DNA of 64,000 bases, from NCBI RefSeq assembly GCF_964204645.1, contig NC_134027.1:20360560-20424559 (forward strand), read 5' to 3'. The notes below the pieces were generated by a model. The model saw only the letters and a program-made list of their open reading frames with translations. It was not told where the DNA came from and made no database searches. This DNA comes from Tubulanus polymorphus (Eukaryota; Animalia; Nemertea). The translations under genes and the position numbers were made by a program. Positions 1 to 12,176 of the stretch are shown piece after piece (the stretch's first letter is position 1; the number at the start of each line of letters is the position of its first letter).

Positions 1-185
1 AAACATTTCTCTATTCAAATGCTTGCACATGTAGTATTGAATTGTTACAATACTACATGTCTTATGCAGAAATGAAAGAAACCAGCAAAACACGTGTGTC
101 TTCTTGAAAAGCATAATCTTTTTTTTCAAAATCTTTAGAACATAGCTATGTTTTATCTCACTTATCTTTATCAAACAAAGACTAG

Positions 186-591
186 TATGAAGCGTCCTGG
201 GGACATATCTATTTAAAAAAATTTTTTCGAGGTTAATTCCGAGTTAGTAACTCGGAATAAACTAGTTATCTCAGTTAAATGCGATTATTTCAGGTTTATT
301 CCGAGTTTGTAACTCGGAATGAATTATTATTTTTTCAGTTAAACCTCCAAAACCTCCAAAACCAGTAACCTCCAAAAATCGCATTTAACTGAGATAACTA
401 GTTTATTCCGAGTTACAAACTCGGAATTAACCTTGAAAATCGCATTTAGCTGAGTAAACTAGTTTATTCCGAGTTACAAACTGGGAATTAACCTCCAAAA
501 ATCACATTTAACTAAGAAAACTAGTTTATTCCGAGTTACTAACTCGGAATTAACCTCAAAAGTTTTTCTTTTTCCCCAGGACGCTTCCGTA
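186..591. mobile_element. Foldback-type MITE with TIRs and internal ~59-bp repeats, in ENPP6 copy 1 intron 1
   Basis: Termini tatgaagcgtcctgggga (186) and tccccaggacgcttccgta (591) are inverted. The interior has repeated ttattccgagttactaactcggaattaacctc units in both orientations. A related terminus lies at ~6037-6057. Confidence 0.7.
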
Positions 592-648
592 GAGTAGATT
601 CTATCTAGTTTATCCAAGGCCTAAGAGATAGATGTAATACTATTCCAG

Positions 649-3600
649 GGCTGCATTCGGAATCGCACGGTATGATAGGTAACACGATGTACGACCACGT
701 ATATGGTACGATGTTCGAGGGCAGTTACAGCGATGCTCAACTGGAACCTTACTGGTGGAACGGAGGGGACCCAGTCTGGATAACTGCCACAAGACAGGCA
801 AGAATACATGCAGGGAATGATGTAACTAAGTACGGCTTTATTGTAATTTGAATTGACGTTCAATTAGGTGCGTGCGTGCGTGCGTCAGTGTACATTTATG
901 GGTGAACCAATTATTTCTCATTTAAGCAAATACGCTATAAAATAATTGTCAGTCCAATTGAATTTCAATGAGCGTAAAGGGTTTTCTGATATTTTTAAAA
1001 GAGAACTATTCTTATCATTATGAATCGGGATGTCGACGAATAACAGTCGAAATTAAGTGATCCAGAGCAAAAGGTTGTACTGCAGTGACGAATGGATATA
1101 GATATTAATGCGCCACATAACAGTGTGCAGGATATGCACTAATTATGTAGGTGCTGACATAAAGTGTGTCCGGTATAGGTGTGTCAGTTGGTTGAAACGA
1201 GTCCTGCGGTTGTCACCTATGTGCCAATATTCATATAAAAACTATACATGTAAAATGTTCTAGTAGAAAAAGCTAGAAGATTGATCTTTTTTGAGACACA
1301 CCAACAAAAACCCTGGCCTCAGACCGTTCATACATCACCATTGTGCGTGAGAAAACCAAAAAGCCGAAACTGATAGCTTTTGACAAGAGCAAACTACGAA
1401 ACTATTTGACTGTACACCAAGTATATGTTACGGAAATTTTTCTCAGAAAAAGAAATTATCCATCTTCGCATCCGTGACCTCCCGAGAGTCAGTGGAAGAC
1501 AGTTCCCACCTCAGCCAGCGGTTCTAGCCAGAGGATGTGTGTATGGGCTATGTACCGTGTGTGAACCGCACTCTATTAGGCGGGGTCCAGATAACAAGCC
1601 GGTTTTAGGGTACGTCATACATTTCAAAGAATTCTGGCCGTTGCTTTCAGAGCGCTATATTTTCATCACATTGATTGGAGGGTTTATCACCGATTAGTAA
1701 TCAAATCTGTGAGAGGATACATTTTATGTCGGAAAAAAGTGGATAAATAATAATCCAGAGGAATACAATAGGCCTATTGGGCTTTCTGACGACAACCCTA
1801 GTTATTATAAAGCCGTAATTAGTTGATTTTCGAGGTTGCAAATTTCATGTAAACACACTGCATACTACGTCCAAAACTCAGAGAACACTAGCCGTATTTG
1901 ACATAAGACATATGCCAAAAACCTTTAAGGGGCTGTACTTTGAAAAAGTTCTTTTAAAAACCAGAAATTAAGTTTTCATGATGGACTCATAATAATGGTA
2001 CAGTATCAACATGGTTACAGGGTCGTCGTTGTGCTATGTTTTATTGGCGCGGTTGTGAAGTTGAAATTCGCAATTTGAGACCAGCGTACTGCAGACGATA
2101 CACCAAATTAACTACCGGCGAAGATTTCAGATGGTCAATAGACCAAGCGATCCAGGCGATGACTGGAAAAAATGCAGCCGACTTTACAGGTTTGTGACAG
2201 CTCCATATGGCAAATCATTCCAGTACTAATTGAATATGAGGGATTTTTCTCATTGTAAGCCATGGATTATGGATTATTTTAAAAATTCGACGAAGGGGAC
2301 GGAAATTCTTTTTTTTGATTAGATATATTTTGGTGAAATTCCGGATCCATACTCTAGATAATTCAAAAAAGCCCAGAAAATTGCCATTGACATTCTTTCG
2401 TCATCAAAACATCGTCGAAATGCTTTGCATAAAGCAAGGGCAAGTTTAGCTTATGATGAATAAGAGCCATTAAAAATCCTTGACTATTCTCACTACGTGG
2501 CGCTGCGGACATACGGAAGAAATCAGTTTGGCTTTGGTTTTCCTTGCTGTCGGACGTGCTTGTGCGGTTGTGGTGGTTCACGGCTTGGCTGTGTGCTGTG
2601 ACCATTGAACTGTGTGTCCGTTGTGCAGTTTGAAGTCTGTCGTCCGGGGTATTCCACTGTGTGTGGAATAGGGGGGTAGTCCACTGTGTGTGGTCAGATA
2701 CAATGTGTTTGGATTGATTTTTGAAGCCCACTATGTGTGGGCGGACCAAAATTTTTAGCGATCCAATGTGTTTGGATAAATTTTGAAGCCCACTGTGTGC
2801 GGGCGTCCAATGTGTTTGGACAAAATTGCTGTATAGCCACTGTGTGTGGACAAAAGGCTGTGTGCATCATAGGAATGTGTGTCCTGTTGCCTGCTGGGTG
2901 CGGGATGGAGGGCTGTGTGCCCTGCCCGGAATCCGCTGGTGTGAGAAAAGAATGGAAGAATCGTTACGTTTTGAAATAAAGAGTAATTATGAATAAATGA
3001 ATTTTAGGGCAGAGAAAACTCGAAGGGTCAGGGTTGTTGGTTCTCCATATTCTAAGTATGTCTCGATATACTACGTTAGTCCCAAGATTTATCGGTCAGG
3101 GAGTTCGTCTATTATTTCGGTTTTCTGATCTGTTTCGGCGATTTTAATTAGCGCATTTTCGTTTCCGTTGAGAGTTTAGTCGCGCACAGCGCTCGATTTA
3201 TTTGCTCCGTTCGTGCGGGACGCTTGACAAATACCTTACATTTTGCAGTATTACGAGACCCTTTTGAATACTCAGATCTTAGCATTTTCATTGTTCTTGT
3301 TTATGGCTGGTCAGCTTCGTGTTGCGTTTGCCCTTGTATTCTACGGGTTGATTGTTTACGCTGGTAATGAAGTTAGATCGTCGATCAGTTTCAGTTAATT
3401 GTTTATTGCGTCCTGTTTTCAATTCTGTAGCCGCGGGCCTTTTAGTGTCCATTGTCATGGCTTCGGTCGTGTTGGCTTGGGGGTTGGTTTAGTATACTCA
3501 TTTTAGTTGCTTTTGGGATACGGTACGATCTGTTTTGAGGGTGTGGATTCTATTTTCGACGATTGTGGTTACCGTTGGGAAAATATTGAGGGGTTGCTTT

Positions 3601-6504
3601 TCCTTCCCTCTGGTCATGTTAGCGCGGCTGATGATGCTTACAAACGTGTATATTCTTTCTTTGAGCGATAAGGGAATATTGCGATTATAGGCAATTATTG
3701 CTTCTTTCTCGCTGTTTTGATCTAATGTTTAACTCCCCTTTATGGTTTGGGTTTGGGTTTTGGGATATTATGTTTGGGGTTTTATGGCGTGTCTTTTCGG
3801 AGCGTTTGGTGCGTCGCTTGGGCAGTACCGGTTTTTACCAATATCTATATATTTCTGTAGTATGTCCGCACAGCAGGGAGTGAGAATATTATACTATAAG
3901 TTTCATTGAAATGTGAGATTAAGCCTTTTGAAAATTGACGGGTAGTCATCATCACGGTCAAATTTAGGCAATAAAATTGGACAGAACAAGACGTATGTAT
4001 GAACGTATGATATTACTTAGTTTCTGTTTGCAGCGATTTACGTCGAAATATCTGATAAGGTCGGTCACAAATATGGCCCATTTTCAAAGCAGTTAAACGA
4101 CACCGTTCGCGTGTTAGACGAGCATATCCAGTATCTGTTATCCCGCTTAGATACGACAGGTCTGTCTAAAACTACTAACGTAATTTTCGTCTCCGATCAT
4201 GGTATGGCTGACATCAAAGATCAGACTAAGCACATACGAATGACAGACTTTGTGCCGAACATCGAAGATTTGATTCAGTACAGAATTAATCCCAATTCAC
4301 ATGTACTGATTATGCCAAAACCAGGCGCTACAGAGAAGGTACCAAACATTTAATCATTACCCAATAATTTCCTCAATTCGGACTTCCCATATGCGTCAAT
4401 AGAAAGGCCAGTCTCCATCCTCAACAATTATTTTGAAGTATGCATTGGCTACTCAGAAGATTGTAAAATACTACCGTTTACCTCGGATGCTCTTAGAAGC
4501 GGATGAAATTTACCTCACCAAATCGTTGTTTTGAGCCTCACCCCCTTTAGTACTTCTGTTTCTTTCATCAAACTATCGAAGGAATTTACATGATGGGTGA
4601 TGATCATTATAGATATACAATGGATTTAAGGGCAAAAGTCCGCATTTCGATATATACCGAAAACAAGAAATTCCAGAACAGTTGCACTTTAAAGAGAACG
4701 ATCGGATACCGGAGTTAGTCATACTGGTTAAACCTGGCTATTCAGTTGTCGATGGATATGGGGTAAATTGTGACGTTCGTCTGAGAATATCTTTTGAAGC
4801 AACATAAAATACCTACAATAAACCATATGTTGTTTTAATTATAGAGCTCCCCTGGTATGTGGGGTTACAATGGTACTGGGCCAGCGCGTGGGAACCACGG
4901 ATATCACCCGGCTGACGAATCAATGAAAGCCATATTCATGGCCACTGGACCAGGTAGTGTATGGCGAATTCTCAATACTACTGTGACGAATGGAGATTCC
5001 ACTTGTAGCAAGGATACCCGCCAGGATCGCTGGCAGTATACTCAGAATTGCATATTTCACATTTTCCAAGTAAAAATGTCTTCCGAATTTATCCCGAGGT
5101 AATGTCTCGGAATAAATAACTACATTTTCATAGTTTCATGATCATCGCCAGATTTTAGATTTAATTGTCCAAATGTTATTCTATTGCAATTTTGCTCGTA
5201 CGTTATGTGGTAGTTCAGAAGAGCGTTCGACCATGGGAAGTCAGGTCGTGGGTTCGAATCCCGTACATTATTACTGTAATGTCTTCGGGCAAGACACTCA
5301 TCTTCATTACCTATCTCCACCCAGGAGTAAATGGGTACGTAGATGTCCTGGGAGATGACTCCTAAGCACTTTGTAGCTGCTCAGATGTTACTTCTCCCCG
5401 GGGGAGATGATTGATACATGGAATAGAGTTATAGGCTGGGGGTAATAACGACAAAATTTGGAGCGCATCTTAACTCACTCATGTTAGGATACCTGCGCTA
5501 TACAAATGTAATTTATGACAATTACTATTAAGTGAAAGGGGGTCAAGTTATCGCGTAGTAGGAATGAAATGAAGAGAATAGAGAAGAACACATTGTCGTC
5601 ATAAAACTGATTTACGACGACGGTTACAAAATAGCTTTCAAAATTTGATGAATATTTCATTGACACTCTAGCGAGTTACCTTAGATCCCACGAGTTTTCG
5701 CGGAGAACGCCTTGACCAAGCCACTTTCCCGGAAGATATATGTAGTATTCATCTAATGTGCTATTTATTTTCATTTCAAATCATTAAAGAAACACATTTT
5801 GATATGTACATACTTCAATTCTTGAAACCCCCGTTTTTATCGGAGAGAAGCCGCTCGATGTTTCACTTGTGTTGATGTCAATCCAATAAATCATCGGACG
5901 TAACGTCTGGTGAATTTTCCCTTCATGTCCTAAAACGTTTACATTGTCTTGTGTGATATTTAATTCAGAGGAACCCAAGACCTGATATAATATAGAACTG
6001 TTTCTGGATTTTAAAAAACCTAGGGGCAAGGACCCATATTCCCAGGACGCTTTCATAGGTTGTAGCCAACATGTATAACGTCTAGTATTAATTGTGGTTC
6101 TCCATTTTCTACTGAATATCATTATATTAACTCTTTTGTTTTCCAGTCAGCTTCAGTATACAATGATATATTTTGTAGATTTTGTCAAGGGAAAACTCGT
6201 GGAAAATATCGATAGCGTTGACGTCTACAATTTGATGTGCCATTTACTTAGCATTGCCTCGTCACCAAATAACGGCAGTTGGTCACCGATTAACCAAAGT
6301 CTCTTGGACGTAGTAGCAGACAAACCAAGAGAATCGCCATCACGTAAACACACGGTGAAACCTTTTTATGATTGGGTCGTCGAACCTCCACTTAAACGAC
6401 GCCGTCAGACCACGAGCGCAGCTGTTTTACTAACGCCATCTATATTCAAGATCATCAGCTACGAATTCATGGCGTTTATATGCATCATTACATTTCATTA
6501 TTGA
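649..6504 (+). CDS. ENPP6: ENPP6-like glycerophosphocholine cholinephosphodiesterase, copy 1 (exons 2-7; exon 1 lies upstream of the window)
   Basis: Exons 649-797, 2021-2189, 4034-4338, 4613-4762, 4845-4953 and 6179-6504 splice in frame. Motifs: GLHSESHGMIGNTMYD, WWNGGDPVWIT, MFYWRGCEVEIRNLRPAYC (ENPP6-type), DKVGH, SDHGM, GNHGY, and a hydrophobic GPI-type C-terminus. Confidence 0.88.
2485..3888 (+). mobile_element. 1.4-kb insertion with imperfect inverted termini and a heavily decayed tyrosine-recombinase-like interior (DIRS/Ngaro/Crypton-like)
   Basis: Absent from the homologous intron of copy 2. Ends tattctcact...gcggacatac and gtatgtccgc...agtgagaata are inverted. Frameshifted fragments GVRLL..FSDLF, LAFSLFLF..LRV and SFRSxGAS resemble YR motifs. 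TG-rich repeats at 2550-2900. Confidence 0.45.
5196..5470 (+). mobile_element. tRNA-derived SINE with CORE-like central domain
   Basis: Pol III B-box ggttcgaatccc at 5251, followed by cttcgggcaagacact...ctccacccaggagtaaatgggtac. Confidence 0.65.
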
Positions 6505-6969
6505 TTTTGTATTCGATAATAAGTAAATACTTCATATTTCCCGAATGTTATCATTCATGAAAATAAAGAAGTATATCATGTATTGTCTTTATACAATGGA
6601 TATTCTAAGCAAAACGCCAAAGCGAACATTTTAGATAGGAAAAAAGGGTATGAACGCAGTCTCAAATGATTGTGACTTTCTCAAAATGTATCAAAAATTT
6701 AAGTAATTTTTAGTTCATAAGTCTTCAAATATTCATAAATGAACAGTTAAAAATTGTTGAAACATGTCGACTCAGCCGTAAAATCAACCCATTCACAGTC
6801 CCGAATGTGGGATAATGTCGGGCTTTAGAGAACATAATGCCCCCGAGGTCTTCACATTTACAGATAAGATTATGTAAGCGTGTCGCGCGTTACACCGGAT
6901 AGGCACACAATAGAGATATGAGCCGCACGTTCATTGATCATCACCAATTAAGAGGACCGCTATTGTGAA

Positions 6970-7215
6970 AATTGACTGCGGGAGGAATATTCCTCCCAAA
7001 GTCAATCGATGGAAACTTGACCAAGGGGTCTGATATTCAAACAATTGACTTTGGGAGGAATATTCCCCCCAAGGTCAAACGAAGAGAATTTGACCTGCAG
7101 TTCTGATATTCAAAGTATCGACTTCGGGAGGAATATTCCTCCGACTGTCAAACGAAGGAAAATGGACCTAGGTCTGATATTCGAAATATTTACTTTGGGA
7201 TGAATATTCGTCCAA
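6970..7215. repeat. Minisatellite, about 3.5 units of ~72 bp, each containing a palindrome
   Basis: Repeated gactttgggaggaatattcctcccaaagtc hairpin plus tctgatattcaaa. Confidence 0.75.
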
Positions 7216-8480
7216 ACCTCTAACGCTAAAAACCTGAGCTTTTAGAATGATAGGTCTACATAAATGATATTGATGTAATTGTTTTTAATAAATAGTATAC
7301 TATAGCGACGAAACCAGACATATTTAGGCAATTTGATTGTTAATATACACTGTATTTGAGGGTCTGCGACAAATAATTTTAGAAAGTTAAATAGCTGTAG
7401 TACAGGTTCTAATAATGAGCCTAATATAGTCTTCACATCGCAATCAGTTGTTAGAATGCATCTTCCTTTTTCTTGTTTTGATCTGAGACGACAGGTTAAA
7501 TTTTTTTCTTGATTGATTCACGCTGGGAGGTCTACATCAAATTATATTGTTGATCAAATCAATTATGTTTCAACTGCGAATTCACATTTGATATTGATAT
7601 TAATAATCAATATTACTCATCATTATATAGCGCACTGCTGCAAATTGTAACCAGTGTGCTTTTCATGGGTATAAAATTAACACAAGTTGAAGAAATCGAA
7701 TTTGAAATACGTGGATAATAAAAAATAAGTTGAAGGTAGGGCGGAGAGATCTGACGAAAAGAAACAACAAACGATATGGGCGCCAAATTGACCCATGCCT
7801 AATTGCCCGACCAAATAGTTCGACCAGACCTGAGTCAAATTAAGCCGAGTCAAATTAGAGCGTGTTAATTTAAACTGGTTCTGGAAGTCAGTCACTTCGC
7901 TTTGCTTAAGTATGGACTCGTTTTAGAGTCTCTTCAAGCATTGTTTAGTATCGAATGAATGGGTTTGCATTTGAATGTGAAATAAATTTGAACATGAAAA
8001 TCAGCGCGCTCTTTGGTAAGCCATGAAAACAATTAAAGTCGGACCCTGATTCGAGCCAATTTGTTTGCAAATTAGCCATTGTCCTAGTTTTAACTTCTGA
8101 TTTGTACCCTGTATAGGCCGGTTTATATTTCTGTTTGTACTCTTTCATAGAAATTCGACAGATATCAAATGGCATCTTTGATTACAGACACTGTTGATCG
8201 GTACACACCAATATGTCCATCCATCCGACATACGAGCAATTATCTCATTAATGAGATAATTGCTCGTAGATTCGACAGCTACGTTTTACAACTAGAAGTG
8301 CATAAAATCAGATTCCTAATGATATTACATGTAGTACTATTAAGAATAAGCTATTAATTATGATTAAATTCAAAAAGAATTGAGAAAATATCTTGCTTTG
8401 AATGGCTTTTAATTAAATATTGGAAAGGGCGATTTTGAAGGGGGAATTTTATCTGCGGTGTCACTGCTAATCGAGTAATC

Positions 8481-10950
8481 AGTTTAGTTTAGTTTAGTTT
8501 ATTGCTCCAAAAAAGATATACAATTTTTCCGAGCATAACAAAATAGTATGAATAGTATAAATATAAAAGCTGGCAAATTTATACATATTAATAGCCCTAG
8601 CTATAACAACCGTGTAGCAGTCGTAATGTATTTAGATAGACTGTAATACAGGTTTTCATTACTGAGCAATTGCTTGAATTTATAATGATTTGCGCCAATT
8701 CTATATCTGTTAGGTATATACAAAATTCTAAAAGCGTTGAAAAATTCGCACTTCAGTATGAAATGATATTCGTCCCCAATAGTATTCTCGTTACATTTAT
8801 TACAAACTCGTTCGTTCCGTGGTTTGTTTTCATATCTACCAGTCTCTATTGGTAATTTATGGTTGGAACATCTAAATCTACATAGTGAGATTCTTAAACT
8901 TCGTGGTAGTGATGACAGATATTTTTCTTGTCCCCAATCAGTTTTAAATATTCTATACGTATCTAATTTAGAGGATAGTACCATCGATCCATGCCATGTC
9001 TGTTTAAATTGATCTTCTAATCTAAGTTTTACGAGTTCCCCAAGGTAGGGAATATTCGGAAAAGTTTGTTCCAACCATATATTACCAAGACCACAATTCT
9101 GTAAGATTGATTTGATACAGGATATCCATTTACTTTGCGAACCATTTAAATGACTATTATAAAGAATGCGGTACATTTTACCAGAGTATGTCTCTTCATG
9201 CAGGATCAAGTGTCCCCAAAATTTTACCATACGAACTTTGATACGAATTTCAAATGGAAACCTTCCTGTCTCACCGTATATCATCAAATTTGGTGTTGAC
9301 CTCTTGAGGCTTAGCAGATATTTACAAAATGTTAAATGAATTTTTTCAATAACATCAAAATTTCCAAAGCCCCACACCTCACAACCAAATGTTAAAATCG
9401 ATCCAACCATTGCGTCAAAGACTTGGAAAGCAGTATCAAAGTCAAGAGAAAAATGTTGAACTTTCTTAAGAACAAATATAAGCGCCTTCTTTGCGTGTTC
9501 ACAAATCAGCTTTTTACATTTTGCAAAGTTTCCTGTATAATTAAAAAGCACACCTAAATATTTAAATTCAGATACAGTTTCGATTAATACTCCATCGATA
9601 TTAAATACGGGTTGTCTAATAGACTTCCTTTTTTCGAATACAATGGCTTTAGTTTTACTAATATTGATTACTAATTTCCACCTTTTACAATAAGCGACCA
9701 ACATATCGAGGTTTTTCTGAAGTGCACTTGCACTATCGGCCAATAAGATCGTATCATCTGCGTACAGCAGAACTAGTAGCTGAACCCATAGATCTTCGTT
9801 TTCGAAGGGAGATGAAATCCCTTGACAACCACTTTCAATTAATGCAGCCTCAAGGTCATTGACAAATATAGAAAAAAGCACTGGCGATAAATTTTCCCCT
9901 TGTCTCAATCCTATGTTACTAAGAAAACAACCTGAGGATTGACCCTGCACGTGAACCATGGATTTGATATGTTTATACATATTATGAATTACGTTTAGGA
10001 TATTTCCGGTGATACCTGTTGAGATAAGTTTGTGCCACAGTGCCTTTCGCCATATTGTATCAAATGCCTTTTGGTAGTCAATAAAAATACAATAGAGCTT
10101 TCGCTTCTTACTAAAAATGGTGTCAATTACTGAGTGAAGGGTGAAAATGTGATCCAAAATGCTATGATTTTTTCGAAATCCGGCTTGATTTCTATTCAGG
10201 AGTTCATTTGATTCAAGAAATTCATGGAGACGATCGTTTAATATACTTGTGAATAACTTACTAATACAACTCAGTAATGTGATTCCCCGATAATTGTCCG
10301 GATCACGTGGCTCGCCTTTGTTCTTAAAAATAGGTGTAACTTTACCAATTTTCCAGTTCTCAGGGATAATCCCAGTTTCCAGGACCTTATTAAAGAGATT
10401 GACTAAAGTGGGCATTATTATATCTTCAGAGGTTTTAAGGAATTCGTTCAGTATCTCGTCACATCCAGGTGCCTTGTTATTCTTAAGTTTCTTTATACAT
10501 TTAGAAATTTCTGCGCATGAAGATGGATTGGGAGCGTCGCCAGAGGTATTTAGGGAGCCTTCTGAGCGATCTCTTTTTTTGCGGTTTTCCTCAGTAGAAG
10601 GCTGCTCTGTTTCCGTCTGCTTACTAGCACTATCTTTAGGAGTTGCCACCGATTTACATTTCGAATTTTGTGACTTTTTTTTGGGTGCAGTATTTACTGT
10701 CGAATTGACTCCTCGTGGTTTAGGCCCCATTTTAGCGGTTTATAGTCAGTGTTGCAAGCTGTAAACGCAGTCAAGCGGAACGAGTGATTGTGTTGAATCT
10801 CTGTACTGAACGTTTATATATGGCCGTGTGGAAATAACCAAGTTCAAATTTGGAGGCTTTGAGAGTTTAAAGTTCTAATTACAGCATTAACGGATGAGAT
10901 AGAAGCAGTATATTCTTACATGTTCGTTTCACTGAGCATCAATACTATCA
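8481..10950 (-). mobile_element. Non-LTR retrotransposon (RTE-X-like), internally deleted
   Basis: (TAAAC)n 3' tail at 8481-8500 and RT ORF at 8601-10730. The 5' boundary is approximate. Confidence 0.8.
8601..10730 (-). CDS. 709-aa reverse transcriptase ORF: ORF1-like N-terminus fused to RT and C-terminal Cys/His finger, no APE endonuclease
   Basis: Motifs KAPGCD, NYRGITLLS, QAGFR, FIDYQKAFD, GLRQGENLSP, YADD, FKYLG and CNKC...DEYHFILKC. No stops. Confidence 0.85.
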   Translation of the reverse strand: MGPKPRGVNSTVNTAPKKKSQNSKCKSVATPKDSASKQTETEQPSTEENRKKRDRSEGSLNTSGDAPNPSSCAEISKCIKKLKNNKAPGCDEILNEFLKTSEDIIMPTLVNLFNKVLETGIIPENWKIGKVTPIFKNKGEPRDPDNYRGITLLSCISKLFTSILNDRLHEFLESNELLNRNQAGFRKNHSILDHIFTLHSVIDTIFSKKRKLYCIFIDYQKAFDTIWRKALWHKLISTGITGNILNVIHNMYKHIKSMVHVQGQSSGCFLSNIGLRQGENLSPVLFSIFVNDLEAALIESGCQGISSPFENEDLWVQLLVLLYADDTILLADSASALQKNLDMLVAYCKRWKLVINISKTKAIVFEKRKSIRQPVFNIDGVLIETVSEFKYLGVLFNYTGNFAKCKKLICEHAKKALIFVLKKVQHFSLDFDTAFQVFDAMVGSILTFGCEVWGFGNFDVIEKIHLTFCKYLLSLKRSTPNLMIYGETGRFPFEIRIKVRMVKFWGHLILHEETYSGKMYRILYNSHLNGSQSKWISCIKSILQNCGLGNIWLEQTFPNIPYLGELVKLRLEDQFKQTWHGSMVLSSKLDTYRIFKTDWGQEKYLSSLPRSLRISLCRFRCSNHKLPIETGRYENKPRNERVCNKCNENTIGDEYHFILKCEFFNAFRILYIPNRYRIGANHYKFKQLLSNENLYYSLSKYITTATRLL

Positions 10951-12176
10951 CTTACCAACGAGTAAGCAGGACGATTTTTCCGTTAAACGAGCTAAAACGT
11001 CAACTTTGTTGGAGAGATTTCCCTCGTGCGTTCTTGTATACAAACAGCGGAAGTGCAAGAAGCACAAACTCCCTAAGGTGATAAAGTGTTTTAAGCAGAT
11101 CTTTTTCGATTGTGATCCCAATATATGAATTGCACATGGAACTATTATGTATAAATACCTCTCAAAATTTACGTATTGACTGAGTGGCGTCCTTTTGCAC
11201 AAGCTATATTACACCATGATAAAAAGCCTTTTATAGTTTAGAGTTGGATTTCTCGATGTATAAATGCAAGGAGGGTCAGAAGCTTTATGCTCAATAGCAT
11301 TAGGTTCCTATAAATGTTTGCATATACCCGCATAAATCGCAACTTAACCAAAATGACTTCACCCGCAGCGTTTATCATTGGCCTCTGCGCGGAGCACCCT
11401 TACTTTTGTGATTTTCGGTTCATTATTACATTATTCTTTGCAAATCACCAATTATTGTTCGGCTTTCAAAATATGGATATTTTTCAAAATAGCTGATTGC
11501 ATTACAAGAATTTATATTTAGAGAGGACGCAGCACCGTCTGGTGAGGTTTAGGACGTCACATTTTGACATTTAAATTGCGAAAATTTACGCGCACACCTC
11601 AAAAATAAAACCGAGAAAACCGTACAAAAATAATTGTTCTCGATTGCTCGCTGTTTGACCAGTGATCATGAGGGCTAATGCGGCAACAATGATTGAACAT
11701 ACAGCAAGCACATCTCCATACTAGCCCGACATTACTTTGATTGCTTTCTTTGATTGCTTTGATAGCACTTTTAGGAACTATGTAACATGCACAAATGATT
11801 TTTCGTCAGGTACCCCTGTGATAGTAGCATTCATAGCCACAGATTAAAAGCCATTTGGCCTCATGATATATACGTTTTCTATTTACATCGTCTGAATGCA
11901 ATATGTTCATGATTCATTTTTCATTCGTCCATTCATCAAACGAAAACTATATCATGTCATATTCCGTTTATTAGTATCAATATGATTCAAATGGGAGCAA
12001 TCATCGATTTATTCATTATATACTTCTGTAAGTTGAAAGCCAGAGCTGTATTCATCAAATATATAGCGATGTCGCACCCGACAGCGCCAATGTTTTGAAA
12101 ATGCGTAACCATTCAGTGCTTATCATGTTTCGCAGTTGAATCTTTCTCTCGCTCGGTGCGCATGCTACTGAAAATA

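Noticed and set aside
3000-3888. Mitochondrial insertion (ND2-like NUMT) suggested by T/G skew and hydrophobic translations
   Set aside because: No consistent frame matches, and the segment is bounded by inverted termini. A decayed mobile element fits better, though a NUMT is not formally excluded.
5196-5270. tRNA gene
   Set aside because: It has a B-box but no complete cloverleaf and continues into a SINE body. The same applies at ~20762.
6970-7215. CRISPR-like palindromic repeats
   Set aside because: The intervening sequences are themselves repeated, so this is a minisatellite.
10294-10764. 156-aa plus-strand ORF
   Set aside because: Antisense shadow of the RT ORF. The same applies to 15304-15795 and the short ORFs opposite BEL gag-pol.
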